Assembly (NCBI GenBank): GCA_032250835.1
Contig: JAVVEA010000003.1
Coordinates: 121,458 to 185,457 of the forward strand
Source of the DNA: a bacterium
Lineage (GTDB): Bacteria; SAR324; XYD2-FULL-50-16
Direction: 5' to 3'
DNA length: 64,000 nt
Positions 18,778 through 28,510 of this stretch are shown here, in pieces (the first letter of the stretch is position 1; each line of letters begins with the position of its first letter). The notes below the pieces were generated by a model. That model was not told the DNA's origin. It saw only the letters and a program-made list of their open reading frames with translations, and made no database searches. The position numbers and the translations under genes were made by a program.

Positions 18778-21348
18778 ATGAGCGTCGTCGTCGTTGTCGA
18801 GTCCCCTACTAAAGCCAAAACGATCCGTGATTTCCTCCCCAAGGGTTATGAGGTGATCGCCAGCATGGGCCACATCCGCGACCTGCCCCAATCGGCGTCT
18901 GAGATTCCCGAGAAGGTCAAAAAGGAGAAGTGGGCGCAGTTAGGCGTAAACGTTGAAAAGGACTTTGAGCCGCTCTACGTGGTGCCCAAAGATAAGAAGA
19001 AGATCATTAAAGAGATCAAAGACCTGTTAGCTAAGGCTGACGAGTTGATCCTGGCGACTGACGAGGACCGCGAAGGAGAATCGATCAGCTGGCATCTGCT
19101 CGAAGAGCTTAAGCCCAAGGTGCCTGTCAAGCGGATGGTCTTTCATGAAATCACCAAAGAAGCGATTACCGAGGCTTTAGCCAACTGCCGCGAGATCAAA
19201 ATTTCCTTGGTCCGCGCCCAAGAGACACGCCGCATCTTGGACCGTTTGGTGGGCTACACGTTGAGTCCGCTGCTCTGGAAAAAGGTGGCCGCCGGTCTTT
19301 CGGCCGGTCGGGTTCAGTCGGCGGCGGTACGGGTTTTGGTGCAGAAAGAGCGCGAACGCCGGGCTTTCCAGAAAGCCAGCTACTGGGACTTAGTGGCCCA
19401 GTTGGAAAAAGATGGCACCCGTTTTGATGCTAAGTTAAATGCCTTAGAAGGGCAGAAAATCGCCCAAGGCGCGGACTTTGACGAAAATACCGGTAAGCTC
19501 AAGAAGGGCAAGAAGGTCCGCCTGCTTGATGAGAAGGCGGCCCGCACCCTGGAAAACGAGTTGGTGGGGCAAGCCTTTAAGGTACTGAGCTTAGAGGAAA
19601 AGCCCTCGGCCAGCCGCCCGGCTCCCCCCTTCATCACCTCTACGCTACAGCAGGAAGCGAACCGTAAGCTGCGCCTGAGCCCCCGTCAGGCTATGCAGGT
19701 CGCCCAGGCACTTTACGAGCGCGGTTTTATCACCTACATGCGTACCGACTCGGTCAACCTGTCGGATCAAGCCATCGATGCTTCGCGCAAGTGTGTGACT
19801 AAGCTCTATGGCAAAGACTATCTGCCCGAAAAACCCCGCCTTTATAAGACCAAGTCCAAAGGAGCCCAAGAGGCCCACGAGGCGATCCGCCCGGCGGGTT
19901 CTACCTTCATTGAGCCTGCCAAGTCCGGCCTTAAGGGCATGGAATTGGCGCTTTATGACCTGATCTGGAAGCGCACCGTCGCCAGCCAGATGAAAGACGC
20001 CCAGCAGGTCCACTTGACTGCGCTGTTTGAAGCCGGTGCCGCTCAGTTCCGCTCTAGCGGCAAGCGCATCGAATTCCCCGGTTTTTTCCGGGCTTATGTC
20101 GAAGGTAGCGACGACCCCAACCAAGCGTTAGAAGACAAGGAAGTGGTCCTGCCCGCTATGAAAGCCGGCGAAATGATCGACCAAAAGAGCGTCGAAGCCA
20201 AAGACCACGAAACCAAGCCCCCAGCGCGCTTTACCGAAGCGAGCTTGGTCAAGAAGCTAGAAGCCGAAGGGATCGGTCGCCCCTCGACCTACGCCACGGT
20301 TATCGACACCATCCAAAACCGGGGCTACGTAGAAGTGGTCAACCACACGCTAGTGCCCACCTTTACCGCTTTTGCGGTCGTGGGGCTGTTGGAGGCCCAC
20401 TTCGCCGAGTTGGTGGATCTCGATTTTACCGCCAAGATGGAGCAGGTTTTAGACGAAGTCGCCTTGGGCGAGAAGGACTGGCTGCCCTACATGAAAGAAT
20501 TTTACAGCGGCAAAGACGGCCTGGGCGAGAAGACGGCCCGCAAGACCGATGAAATCGGCCCCGGAGAATTCCGTAGCATCCAGTTTGACGACCTCACCGC
20601 GAAGGTCTGCATCGGCCGCTTTGGGCCCTACCTAGAGATTGGCGAAGGTGAAGAACACCAGACCGCCTCGATCCCCAAAGACATCACCCCGGCCGAATTG
20701 AGCCAAGAGCAGGTGGACCTGATCTTGATGCAGCAGCAAAAGGGCCACGAAGAACTGGGCATCCATCCCGACACGGGCCAACCGGTCTTTTTGTTTAACG
20801 GCGCTTACGGCCCCTATGTCCAGTTGGGCGAGGCCGAAGAAGGCAAGGCTAAGCCCAAGCGGGTGACGCTGCCCAAGGGTCTAAAAGAAGAAGAAGTGGA
20901 TATGGAAGCGGCGCTGAAGCTGCTCAGCCTGCCCCGCCACTTAGGCGACCATCCCGAGACTGGGGCCCCGGTACGTGCGGGCATCAGCCGCTTCGGCAGT
21001 TATGTGGTGCATGAAGACCCTAAAGGCGGCAAAGACTACCGCACTTTGCCCAAAGAGATGAGTATTTTGGACGTCGAGATGGCCCAGGCGATGGAGCTGC
21101 TCAGCCAAGAGAAGCGGGGCCGCCGCAAGAAATCCGAGGCGCTGCGCGAGATGGGCGAACACCCTGTCGACGGCAAGCCAGTGGCGATTTTTAATGGCCC
21201 CTATGGTCCTTATGTCAAACATGAGAAAACCAACGCTTCGATCCCCAAAGACGAGTCTGTTGACGACCTGAGCATGGAAAGGGCGGTGGAACTGTTGGAC
21301 GCCCGCGCCAAGGTGAAACCCAAGGCCCGTGGCCGCCGCCGCAGCTGA
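18778..21348 (+). CDS. topA: DNA topoisomerase I with C-terminal toprim-C repeats
   Basis: VVESPTKAKTI, ATDEDREGE, SAGRVQS, ITYMRTDS (catalytic Tyr), repeated GRFGPY/GPYGPY. Confidence 0.97.
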   Translation: MSVVVVVESPTKAKTIRDFLPKGYEVIASMGHIRDLPQSASEIPEKVKKEKWAQLGVNVEKDFEPLYVVPKDKKKIIKEIKDLLAKADELILATDEDREGESISWHLLEELKPKVPVKRMVFHEITKEAITEALANCREIKISLVRAQETRRILDRLVGYTLSPLLWKKVAAGLSAGRVQSAAVRVLVQKERERRAFQKASYWDLVAQLEKDGTRFDAKLNALEGQKIAQGADFDENTGKLKKGKKVRLLDEKAARTLENELVGQAFKVLSLEEKPSASRPAPPFITSTLQQEANRKLRLSPRQAMQVAQALYERGFITYMRTDSVNLSDQAIDASRKCVTKLYGKDYLPEKPRLYKTKSKGAQEAHEAIRPAGSTFIEPAKSGLKGMELALYDLIWKRTVASQMKDAQQVHLTALFEAGAAQFRSSGKRIEFPGFFRAYVEGSDDPNQALEDKEVVLPAMKAGEMIDQKSVEAKDHETKPPARFTEASLVKKLEAEGIGRPSTYATVIDTIQNRGYVEVVNHTLVPTFTAFAVVGLLEAHFAELVDLDFTAKMEQVLDEVALGEKDWLPYMKEFYSGKDGLGEKTARKTDEIGPGEFRSIQFDDLTAKVCIGRFGPYLEIGEGEEHQTASIPKDITPAELSQEQVDLILMQQQKGHEELGIHPDTGQPVFLFNGAYGPYVQLGEAEEGKAKPKRVTLPKGLKEEEVDMEAALKLLSLPRHLGDHPETGAPVRAGISRFGSYVVHEDPKGGKDYRTLPKEMSILDVEMAQAMELLSQEKRGRRKKSEALREMGEHPVDGKPVAIFNGPYGPYVKHEKTNASIPKDESVDDLSMERAVELLDARAKVKPKARGRRRS

Positions 21349-21417
21349 GGCATTTTTGTTGAAAAAGCCAGCGCTTATCCCCATAATGGCGGAAGTTAAC
21401 AGCCCCCAGGGAGAAAA

Positions 21418-22599
21418 ATGGCGTTGCAAACGCTCAAGGACTTTTTAAAGGAGTACAGCCCTCCAGGCCAGTTGGAGCGCCTTTCCTTCGGTCATTATTT
21501 CTACAAAGACCGCGTCGAGCGTTTGGACCTGATTTCCAACAATATGTTGGGTATTTCGGTGCAAGTGGGCCAGAAGAATTACACCGTCGGGGATGTCTCC
21601 CAAGCGGGTTTTTCTTATGTCCAAGAAGTACCCCGCATGCCCAACATGACCGACCGGCGCATCCGCCGCCGGATCCAAGAAGTGGCCGATTCCAACATCG
21701 GTAAAAGCTTCCCGATCTCTCTGTTCTTTTTAGGCGATAAGAACCACCCCAAGCTGGATGTTTGGGGCAAGATCGTGAATTACCAGCTTTTTAAGATGCT
21801 GGGGCACCAAGAGGTCGAACGGGAAATCGGTTATGTGCTTTACAAGAAGGGTGTCAAGGCCGGTTCGGATCCTCATCGTTATTACGATAAGATGGATGCG
21901 ATGCTCAAGCGAGCCTTTAAAGAAGGCCACCGCCGCAAGTGGGACCGCTTTTCGAACGTGGCCATGAACATGGCCTTCTTGAATTTGATCGGCGAGATCG
22001 GCGCGCCGCCGGAGTTTTATGAGCGGTTGATTGACGACTATAAAAACCGCCCTCTCTGGATGAAATACGGCGTTTTTCTCGAAGACCCCACCGAAGCCTT
22101 ACGGCTCTATAGTTTCGCTTGCTACCGCGATGCCGACCGCCTGATTGCTGAACAGGAAAAACGCAAACAGCGCATCCGCGACAAGCAGGACTTCTTCGAT
22201 CAGGTAGGCAAAAAATACGACACCCGCGCTTTTTTAGAATTGGTCTGGAAGCGGGGCTTGAAGTATTACAACCTCAGCGGCCATATCCCCTTCCCGCACC
22301 CAACCAACAAGGAAGACTCAGAGAATTTTACTTCTAAGTTGATGGACTATAACGGCTTTTTAGAAAAGATTGCCGACAAGGATTACCGCAACAGCAGTGC
22401 GCCCAACGAGTTCGAGATTTTCCTGGCCGAGGGGCTTTATTGGCACCTGATCGACAAGGATAAGAAGTACTTGGATAAGTCACTGATCGTCTCGGAGGTC
22501 CAAGGGATCATGGCTAGCTGCTTTGGGGAATTGATGAGTGAAGCCGGTTGGCAAGAGGCAGGGGCCGAAGCCCCCAAACCAGGGACTTCGACAAGCTGA
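21418..22599 (+). CDS. Hypothetical protein
   Basis: 393-aa ORF with GGAG RBS and host-like codon usage; no family recognised. Confidence 0.75.
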   Translation: MALQTLKDFLKEYSPPGQLERLSFGHYFYKDRVERLDLISNNMLGISVQVGQKNYTVGDVSQAGFSYVQEVPRMPNMTDRRIRRRIQEVADSNIGKSFPISLFFLGDKNHPKLDVWGKIVNYQLFKMLGHQEVEREIGYVLYKKGVKAGSDPHRYYDKMDAMLKRAFKEGHRRKWDRFSNVAMNMAFLNLIGEIGAPPEFYERLIDDYKNRPLWMKYGVFLEDPTEALRLYSFACYRDADRLIAEQEKRKQRIRDKQDFFDQVGKKYDTRAFLELVWKRGLKYYNLSGHIPFPHPTNKEDSENFTSKLMDYNGFLEKIADKDYRNSSAPNEFEIFLAEGLYWHLIDKDKKYLDKSLIVSEVQGIMASCFGELMSEAGWQEAGAEAPKPGTSTS

Positions 22600-22611
22600 G
22601 CTAAGGACTGA

Positions 22612-23022
22612 TTATCGGACGCCTTTGGAGATCAAGAAGTCCGAATACTTGGCGTCAATGCCTTGGATGTGGTTGACCAGCCAGTCGGTCAAAAATTTCA
22701 TCACATCTACCCCGATCATAAAGTTCGAGCTGCCCGTAAATTGTTTGTGCAGGTCTTTGACTTTAGCGACAAACTGGGTGTGTTCTTTCTTGTGGGCTTC
22801 GGTTTCGGCGTAGCCATGTTCTGCGAAGAGTTTCTCTTCGTAGGTAAAGTGTTGCTCCGTGTATTTGAGCAGTCCGTCGAAGATATCGCCCAACACAGCG
22901 CGAGAATCGCCGCTCGACATGGCGTCCTGTAGGCTGTTGATCATGTTGATCAATACCTTGTGCTGTTCGTCAATCGAAGGAATTTTAACGCTGAGGTTAT
23001 CATTCCAGTTTAACAAGGCCAT
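22612..23022 (-). CDS. Bacteriohemerythrin
   Basis: W...IDEQHK, HFTYEE, HKKEH and WLVNHIQGID iron-ligand pattern; GGAG RBS before ATG 23022. Confidence 0.95.
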   Translation of the reverse strand: MALLNWNDNLSVKIPSIDEQHKVLINMINSLQDAMSSGDSRAVLGDIFDGLLKYTEQHFTYEEKLFAEHGYAETEAHKKEHTQFVAKVKDLHKQFTGSSNFMIGVDVMKFLTDWLVNHIQGIDAKYSDFLISKGVR

Positions 23023-23244
23023 GGTCACTCTCCAGATAGGGTTGCCGATTGAGTTTTTCAACCAAGCGTCGGCTCAGCTTGCCAATGCGTTGAACTTTTG
23101 TTTATCAAAGCGGAGGGAAAAAAACAATTTTTTTTTTTGCTCCAAAAGTTGATTGTATAGTTGGCGGAATCCCGCTTGGGCCATAGCTTAAAGCGAAACC
23201 AACCCTTGCCCTTAAGGGCCAAAGACCAAAGCCTAAGTAAACCC

Positions 23245-24267
23245 ATGGAACCAAAGAATTTGCTAGAAAAATTATTGTCTCACGTTAGCTTGAGCAACCA
23301 AGAGGCGCGCGAGGTGATGGAAGCGATCATGGAAGGCAGCCTGCCGCACTCGGTGGTTTCGGCCCTGTTGGTGGCCTTGCGTGCCAAAGGGGAGTCCTCT
23401 ACCGAAATCGCCGCCTTTGCTCAGGTGATGCGCGAGAAGGCCACGCCGATTCCGGTCGATGCCGAGTTGGTGGTGGATACCTGTGGCACCGGCGGGGACT
23501 CGATGGGCAGCTATAACATTTCCACCACCGTGGGCTTGTTGCTCGCCGGTGGCGGGTATAAAGTGGCCAAACACGGCAACCGCTCGATGACCAGTCGCTC
23601 GGGCAGCGCCGATGTATTAGAGGCCTTGGGCGTCAAGATCGACTTGAGCCCCGAGCAGGTAGGGCAGGTGTTGCAGCGCTGCAACTTTGGTTTTTTGTTC
23701 GCCCCGGCGTTACATGGGGCCATGAAATATGTGATGCCGGTGCGTAAGGAATTAGGCATCCGGACGGTTTTTAATCTCCTAGGCCCCCTGACCAACCCGG
23801 CCCAGGCCCATGTACAGGTGATCGGGCTCTATGACCAAAACCGGGTGGTGCAGATCGCCGAGGTGCTCAAATCGTTGGGTAGCCGTGCCGCCTATGTGGT
23901 GGCGGGCTTAGATGGGATGGACGAAGTGAGTATCCAGTCGAACAGCCGGATCGCCCGGCTCAAAGACGGTGAAATCGTTGAGTTTGAGTTTGACCCCGAA
24001 AACTTCGGCTACCCCAAGGCCAGCGGCGAGGAACTCAGGGGCGGCGACCCCGAGGAAAATGCACAGATCACCCGCGGCCTGCTGGCAGGCGAGATTCTGG
24101 GCCCCAAACGGGATGTGTTGGTGCTCAATGCGGGCTTTGCCCTCAGTGCGGCCGAAGGGAGCGACCTCAAAGAAGGCTTCCAATTGGCCGAAAAGCTGCT
24201 GGACGAAAAGCGGGGTCTGGAGGCTTTAGAGTGCCTTAAAGAAACCAGCCATCAGTTTGCCTCATGA
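23245..24267 (+). CDS. trpD: Anthranilate phosphoribosyltransferase
   Basis: DTCGTGGD, NISTT, KHGNRS and GSADVLEALG motifs. Confidence 0.96.
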   Translation: MEPKNLLEKLLSHVSLSNQEAREVMEAIMEGSLPHSVVSALLVALRAKGESSTEIAAFAQVMREKATPIPVDAELVVDTCGTGGDSMGSYNISTTVGLLLAGGGYKVAKHGNRSMTSRSGSADVLEALGVKIDLSPEQVGQVLQRCNFGFLFAPALHGAMKYVMPVRKELGIRTVFNLLGPLTNPAQAHVQVIGLYDQNRVVQIAEVLKSLGSRAAYVVAGLDGMDEVSIQSNSRIARLKDGEIVEFEFDPENFGYPKASGEELRGGDPEENAQITRGLLAGEILGPKRDVLVLNAGFALSAAEGSDLKEGFQLAEKLLDEKRGLEALECLKETSHQFAS

Positions 24268-25043
24268 ATATCCTAGATCGGATCAACACCGACAAACAAG
24301 CCCAAGTCAACGCTACCTTGGGCCATATCGGCGCAGACCAACTGGCCCGAGGCCCCGCTGATCAGCGCCAACCCTTAGACTTTATAGCCGCCTTAAAGGC
24401 CCCTGGATTGAAGGTGATTGCGGAGGTAAAAAAGGCCTCGCCCAGCAAAGGCCTGATCCGCCCAGATTTCGACCCTTTGGCTATTGCCAAGAGCTACCAA
24501 CAGCATGGGGCCGCTTGCTTGAGTATCTTAACTGAGACGGACTATTTTCAGGGCAGCATTGACTACCTCAAAAGGGTCCGCGCCGAAGTAGACCTACCGA
24601 TTTTGCGCAAAGACTTTATGGTAGACTACCGCCAGGTGCGAGAGTCTTATGAGATGGGCGCCGACGCAATCTTGTTGATCCTCTCTAGCCTAGAGGACCC
24701 GCAACTGATACGCTTCTATGAACTGGCCCAAAGCTATGGCTTGAGCGTGTTGGCCGAGGTGCACGACCGCGCTGAACTGGACCGGGCCTTGAAGCTGGGC
24801 TTTGGGCTGATCGGTGTGAACAACCGCAATCTCAAAACCTTTGAGACCCGTCTTGAGACTAGCCTGGAACTAGTCCAGGCGATGCCGAGCGGGGTGGTTA
24901 AGGTGAGTGAGTCGGGCATCAGCCGCCCCGAGGATTGCCGTTTGGTTAAAGACCATGGCTTTGATGCGGTCTTGGTGGGCGAAAGCCTGATGCGTCAGTC
25001 AGACCCAGGTCTGGCCTTGAGCCAACTAGTAGAGGGGCTTTGA
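24264..25043 (+). CDS. trpC: Indole-3-glycerol phosphate synthase
   Basis: IAEVKKASPSKG, LRKDF, GVNNRNL and SESGI motifs. Confidence 0.96.
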   Translation: MNILDRINTDKQAQVNATLGHIGADQLARGPADQRQPLDFIAALKAPGLKVIAEVKKASPSKGLIRPDFDPLAIAKSYQQHGAACLSILTETDYFQGSIDYLKRVRAEVDLPILRKDFMVDYRQVRESYEMGADAILLILSSLEDPQLIRFYELAQSYGLSVLAEVHDRAELDRALKLGFGLIGVNNRNLKTFETRLETSLELVQAMPSGVVKVSESGISRPEDCRLVKDHGFDAVLVGESLMRQSDPGLALSQLVEGL

Positions 25044-25666
25044 TGCGTACCCGAGTCAAAATTTGCGGACTCACCCAGGCCGACCAAGCCCAGGCCATCG
25101 CCCGGATGGGTGCCGACGCCCTGGGTTTTATTCTTTACCCTAAATCGCCTCGGTACGTGGCCCCCGAACGCCTGCCCGAGCTGACCGCAGGCCTGCCGCC
25201 CTTGATTACCCTGGTGGGGGTCTTTGTCAACGAAACCAAGGAGCGGGTGTTGGCGATTTGCCAGCGTTATGGGCTGGATCTCGCCCAGCTGCACGGTGAG
25301 GAGTCCCCCGAATATTGCGACTGGTTGAGCGCCCAAGGCCAACGCTGGATCAAGGCCTTTCGGGTCGGCGGGCCCGAAGATCTGGCCCAAATGGATGCCT
25401 ATGGGGCCGGCTTTATTTTGCTCGATGCCAAGAGCAACGAAGCCTATGGCGGTACTGGCGAGGTTTTTGATTGGTCTTTAGCCCGGCAAGCCAAGGGTGA
25501 GCGCCGGATCATCCTGGCCGGTGGCTTAGGGGAACATAACCTAGAAGAGGCGCTCAGCAAACTGCGGCCCTACGGGGTAGACTTGTCTAGCCGGATTGAA
25601 ATCAGTCCGGGCATCAAAGATTTAGAGGCGACGCGGCGGATTTTTCAACTGATGGAACAACTATGA
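25043..25666 (+). CDS. trpF: Phosphoribosylanthranilate isomerase
   Basis: VKICGLT, QLHGEE, GGTGEVFDW and LAGGL motifs. Confidence 0.95.
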   Translation: MRTRVKICGLTQADQAQAIARMGADALGFILYPKSPRYVAPERLPELTAGLPPLITLVGVFVNETKERVLAICQRYGLDLAQLHGEESPEYCDWLSAQGQRWIKAFRVGGPEDLAQMDAYGAGFILLDAKSNEAYGGTGEVFDWSLARQAKGERRIILAGGLGEHNLEEALSKLRPYGVDLSSRIEISPGIKDLEATRRIFQLMEQL

Positions 25667-25917
25667 TCACCTTGACCCTCAAATTTTTGATCCTGCTTTT
25701 GGTGCTCTATTGGGGCGGCAAGTTAGCCAAGCGGGCGCTCAAGGCCTGGGTCGCCAAACAGTTGGGCTTGGGCAAAGCCCCCAAAGAACCGGAGCAACCC
25801 GAACTTTTGGCCTGCGCCCATTGTGGGCTGCATGTGGCCACCAGCATAGGCCAAATCAAGAATGGGCGGTTTTATTGCAGCAGCGAATGTGCGCAAGCGG
25901 GCCCCGACGACAAATGA
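25663..25917 (+). CDS. Small membrane protein with CxxC...CxxxC motif (PP0621-like)
   Basis: N-terminal TM helix, CAHCGLHV...FYCSSEC; overlaps trpF stop. Confidence 0.7.
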   Translation: MITLTLKFLILLLVLYWGGKLAKRALKAWVAKQLGLGKAPKEPEQPELLACAHCGLHVATSIGQIKNGRFYCSSECAQAGPDDK

Positions 25918-25987
25918 ATTTGAGTTCTCTTGACCAAGGGACCTCTACCTTGGCTTCAAAAAATGGGTCCTTTCGCTTGGCTCCTTA

Positions 25988-27847
25988 ATGGCTGCTTCTA
26001 AACAACCCTCCTACCACCTCATTTTTACCCTCTGTTTCTTGCTCTTTGGGGCGGTGGTGGCGGCGGTCACCTCGGTGGTGAATTTCAACCTGCAATATAC
26101 GGACATCCAAAGGGACATTGCCGGGCGGGCTCAGAAGGAGAGCCGCTATAAGCGTGAGTTGGTGATCAATTACATGGAGTCGGCGGATCAGAAGGCCTTG
26201 GCGGTTTCCAGTAGCTTATTTTTAAGCGAATTCCTCAAGAGGCCAACGCCGAAAAATTGGCAAAATCTCAACGAGTTGCTTAAGGCCCAATCCCTGGCGG
26301 ATCGTAAGATCATGCAGCTGCGTTTGTTGGATATGCAGGGCCAAGAACTGGCTCGGGTGGACCGCAAAGAATTGGGCGCAATGCCACAAATCCGCAGCAA
26401 AGAAGAGTTACAAGATAAGTCCGGGCGCTATTACTTTGCGGCTAGTAAAGGCCTGTTGGCTGGTCAGTATTGGCACAGCCGGATCGACCTAAACATGGAA
26501 CACGGCCAGATCGAAGAGCCCCACAAGCCGACCATCCGGGTCAGTACGCTGGTGACGGTGGACAACCAAGCGGCAGGTATCGTGGTGCTGAACCTACACA
26601 TTGGGTTTCTGCTGCGCCAATTGGTGTCTTCGGCGGATTTTAATGTTCTGATGATCGACCGGGATGCGGAGTACATCTACCATCACGACCAGAACCGGGC
26701 CTTTAGCCGCTACTTAAAGGGCCCTAACTTGCTCGAAGATCTTCCCCTATTGGCGCGCGATTTGCGCGCCGGAACGGATGCGCCCCAGGGGGCCTATTTT
26801 TTGGTGGGATTGGAACCTTATATTTTAAACCAAGAACAGCCTACCTTGGTCCTCTTGCCGCGCAATGAGCTGTTATCGCGCTTAAAGACCAATAATTTAG
26901 TGCACGCCGGGTGGATCGCTTTGACGGTAATTTTGGCTTCCTTGCCCCTTTCTTACCTGATCTCCATCATCCCCTTGCGGCTGCAACACAAACTGCAAAG
27001 GACGCTCACCCAGCTTCAGGAATTCACACAAACCATCGACCGGCATGTCTTGACCCTACATCTCAACACAGAAGGGGTGATTTTAGAAGGCAGCCGCGCC
27101 TTTGCGGCAGCGGTAGGCTATAGCCAAAAAAATCTGGCAGGGCGGCGGTTCGTTGATTTGTTACAGCCCGAGAACTTGGATTTGGCCAGTCAATGGGAGT
27201 CTTTGGTACAAGGAACCTTCTGGCAGGGGGAGTTGCATTGCGCCCGTTTGGACCATCGAAGCCTTTGGCTGGACGCGGTGTTAGCCGCCAAGACCAACTC
27301 AAAGGGGGAACTAGAGGGTTTTACGCTACTGGCCGAAAACGTAACCGACAAAAAGCGGATCGAAGAATTAAGCATCACCGATCCCCTAACCGGGGCCTTC
27401 AACCGCAACAAGTTGACCCAGGCCTTTGAGCGGGAAATTGCTCGGGCCGAACGTTACAGCCAGCCCTTATCGGTGATTTTATTGGATTTAGACCATTTTA
27501 AGCTGGTCAACGACACCCACGGGCATCTGGTGGGGGATCAGGTTTTGGTGGCGACGGTGCAGCTGCTCCAAAGGGAACTGCGCAAGACCGATATCTTGGG
27601 CCGTTGGGGCGGTGAAGAATTTTTGGTGCTTTGTCCGGAAACCGAGAACCCTGGGGCGGTGCTCCTGGCCGAAAAACTGCGTCTGGCTTTAGAAGCGGCT
27701 GTACATCCCTCTGCGGGGAGGGTGACGGTTAGTATTGGGGTGACCAGCTACCGGGCGGGTGATCAGGCCGAATCCTTGGTTGCCAGGGCCGATGAAGCGC
27801 TCTATCGTTCGAAAGACCAAGGCCGCAACCAAGTTAGTACCCAGTGA
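25988..27847 (+). CDS. Diguanylate cyclase (periplasmic Cache-like sensor, PAS, GGDEF)
   Basis: Two TM helices, QDKSGRYYF, PAS-like segment, TDPLTG, DLDHFK, RKTD I-site, GGEEF. Confidence 0.92.
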   Translation: MAASKQPSYHLIFTLCFLLFGAVVAAVTSVVNFNLQYTDIQRDIAGRAQKESRYKRELVINYMESADQKALAVSSSLFLSEFLKRPTPKNWQNLNELLKAQSLADRKIMQLRLLDMQGQELARVDRKELGAMPQIRSKEELQDKSGRYYFAASKGLLAGQYWHSRIDLNMEHGQIEEPHKPTIRVSTLVTVDNQAAGIVVLNLHIGFLLRQLVSSADFNVLMIDRDAEYIYHHDQNRAFSRYLKGPNLLEDLPLLARDLRAGTDAPQGAYFLVGLEPYILNQEQPTLVLLPRNELLSRLKTNNLVHAGWIALTVILASLPLSYLISIIPLRLQHKLQRTLTQLQEFTQTIDRHVLTLHLNTEGVILEGSRAFAAAVGYSQKNLAGRRFVDLLQPENLDLASQWESLVQGTFWQGELHCARLDHRSLWLDAVLAAKTNSKGELEGFTLLAENVTDKKRIEELSITDPLTGAFNRNKLTQAFEREIARAERYSQPLSVILLDLDHFKLVNDTHGHLVGDQVLVATVQLLQRELRKTDILGRWGGEEFLVLCPETENPGAVLLAEKLRLALEAAVHPSAGRVTVSIGVTSYRAGDQAESLVARADEALYRSKDQGRNQVSTQ

Positions 27848-27887
27848 GCGGCCTTGACTTTTTGAGCTGAATGGGGCAATATTCCTA

Positions 27888-27958
27888 GGACATAAGCCGT
27901 AAATCTCGAAAAGGCTTACCCTGCAAGGTGCTTTTTAGGATTTAGGGCTTATGGCCCC
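27888..27958 (+). ncRNA. Candidate structured small RNA or long intergenic hairpin
   Basis: Nested stems CATAAGCC/GGCTTATG, TAAATC/GATTTA, AAAAG(G)C/GCTTTT and ACC/GGT, preceded by TTGACT-N17-CAATAT. Confidence 0.3.
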
Positions 27959-28012
27959 TTTCTGTCGTCCCGACCAAAACCCCCTGAGGTCTCTGGGGCC
28001 TTCAAATTCCCG

Positions 28013-28510
28013 CTAAAAGTTTCTGCCATTTTCGTCGCGGCGTGGCGTGAACGGCATATTCGCCTCGTGTTGCTGCTGGATTTGAGGCGGCCAGCGAGAC
28101 TCGATATAAACTAAGATCGAAGCAATCTCTTCTTCGCTCAACTTCTCCCCAAAGGGTTTCATCGGCGACTCAGCGTCTAGGGAGCCATTTTTGATGTATT
28201 CGAAGAGCTGGCGGTTGGTCCGGTACCAAGCCGCTCCGTTGCCGTCTAAGGCCGGGGCCAGATAGGTTCCGTCCGCTTGACGTCCGCCGGTTGGATTGGA
28301 GGGCTCTTGGCCTTCTCCTTCGGCACCGTGGCAGCTAGCGCAGTGGGTTTGGTAGAGTTCCACTCCACGCTCAACCAGCCGGTCACGGTTGTTGCTGCGC
28401 ATTTTGGCAGCGGGAATGGCCACCAGGGTCACCGCCATACCGATGGCGATCACCAGACTCCATTGGGCCAGCCGTTTTAGCCGGCGTTCCTTTTCCTCTT
28501 GTTCGCTCAA
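28013..28510 (-). CDS. Membrane-anchored monoheme cytochrome c
   Basis: TM helix, CASCH, APALDG, distal Met (SPMKPF). Confidence 0.88.
   Translation of the reverse strand: MSEQEEKERRLKRLAQWSLVIAIGMAVTLVAIPAAKMRSNNRDRLVERGVELYQTHCASCHGAEGEGQEPSNPTGGRQADGTYLAPALDGNGAAWYRTNRQLFEYIKNGSLDAESPMKPFGEKLSEEEIASILVYIESRWPPQIQQQHEANMPFTPRRDENGRNF

Noticed and set aside
22612-23022. Hemerythrin as evidence for a magnetosome island
   Set aside because: Single-domain hemerythrins are widespread, and no mam/mms/mad genes are recognisable in the window.
23062-23244. trp attenuator leader upstream of trpD
   Set aside because: No short plus-strand leader ORF with Trp codons and no terminator/antiterminator pair seen.
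27888-27958. SRP RNA, tRNA or 6S RNA identity for the hairpin
   Set aside because: Lacks the SRP domain IV motif and a cloverleaf; no convincing 6S closing stem. Kept only as an unassigned candidate.
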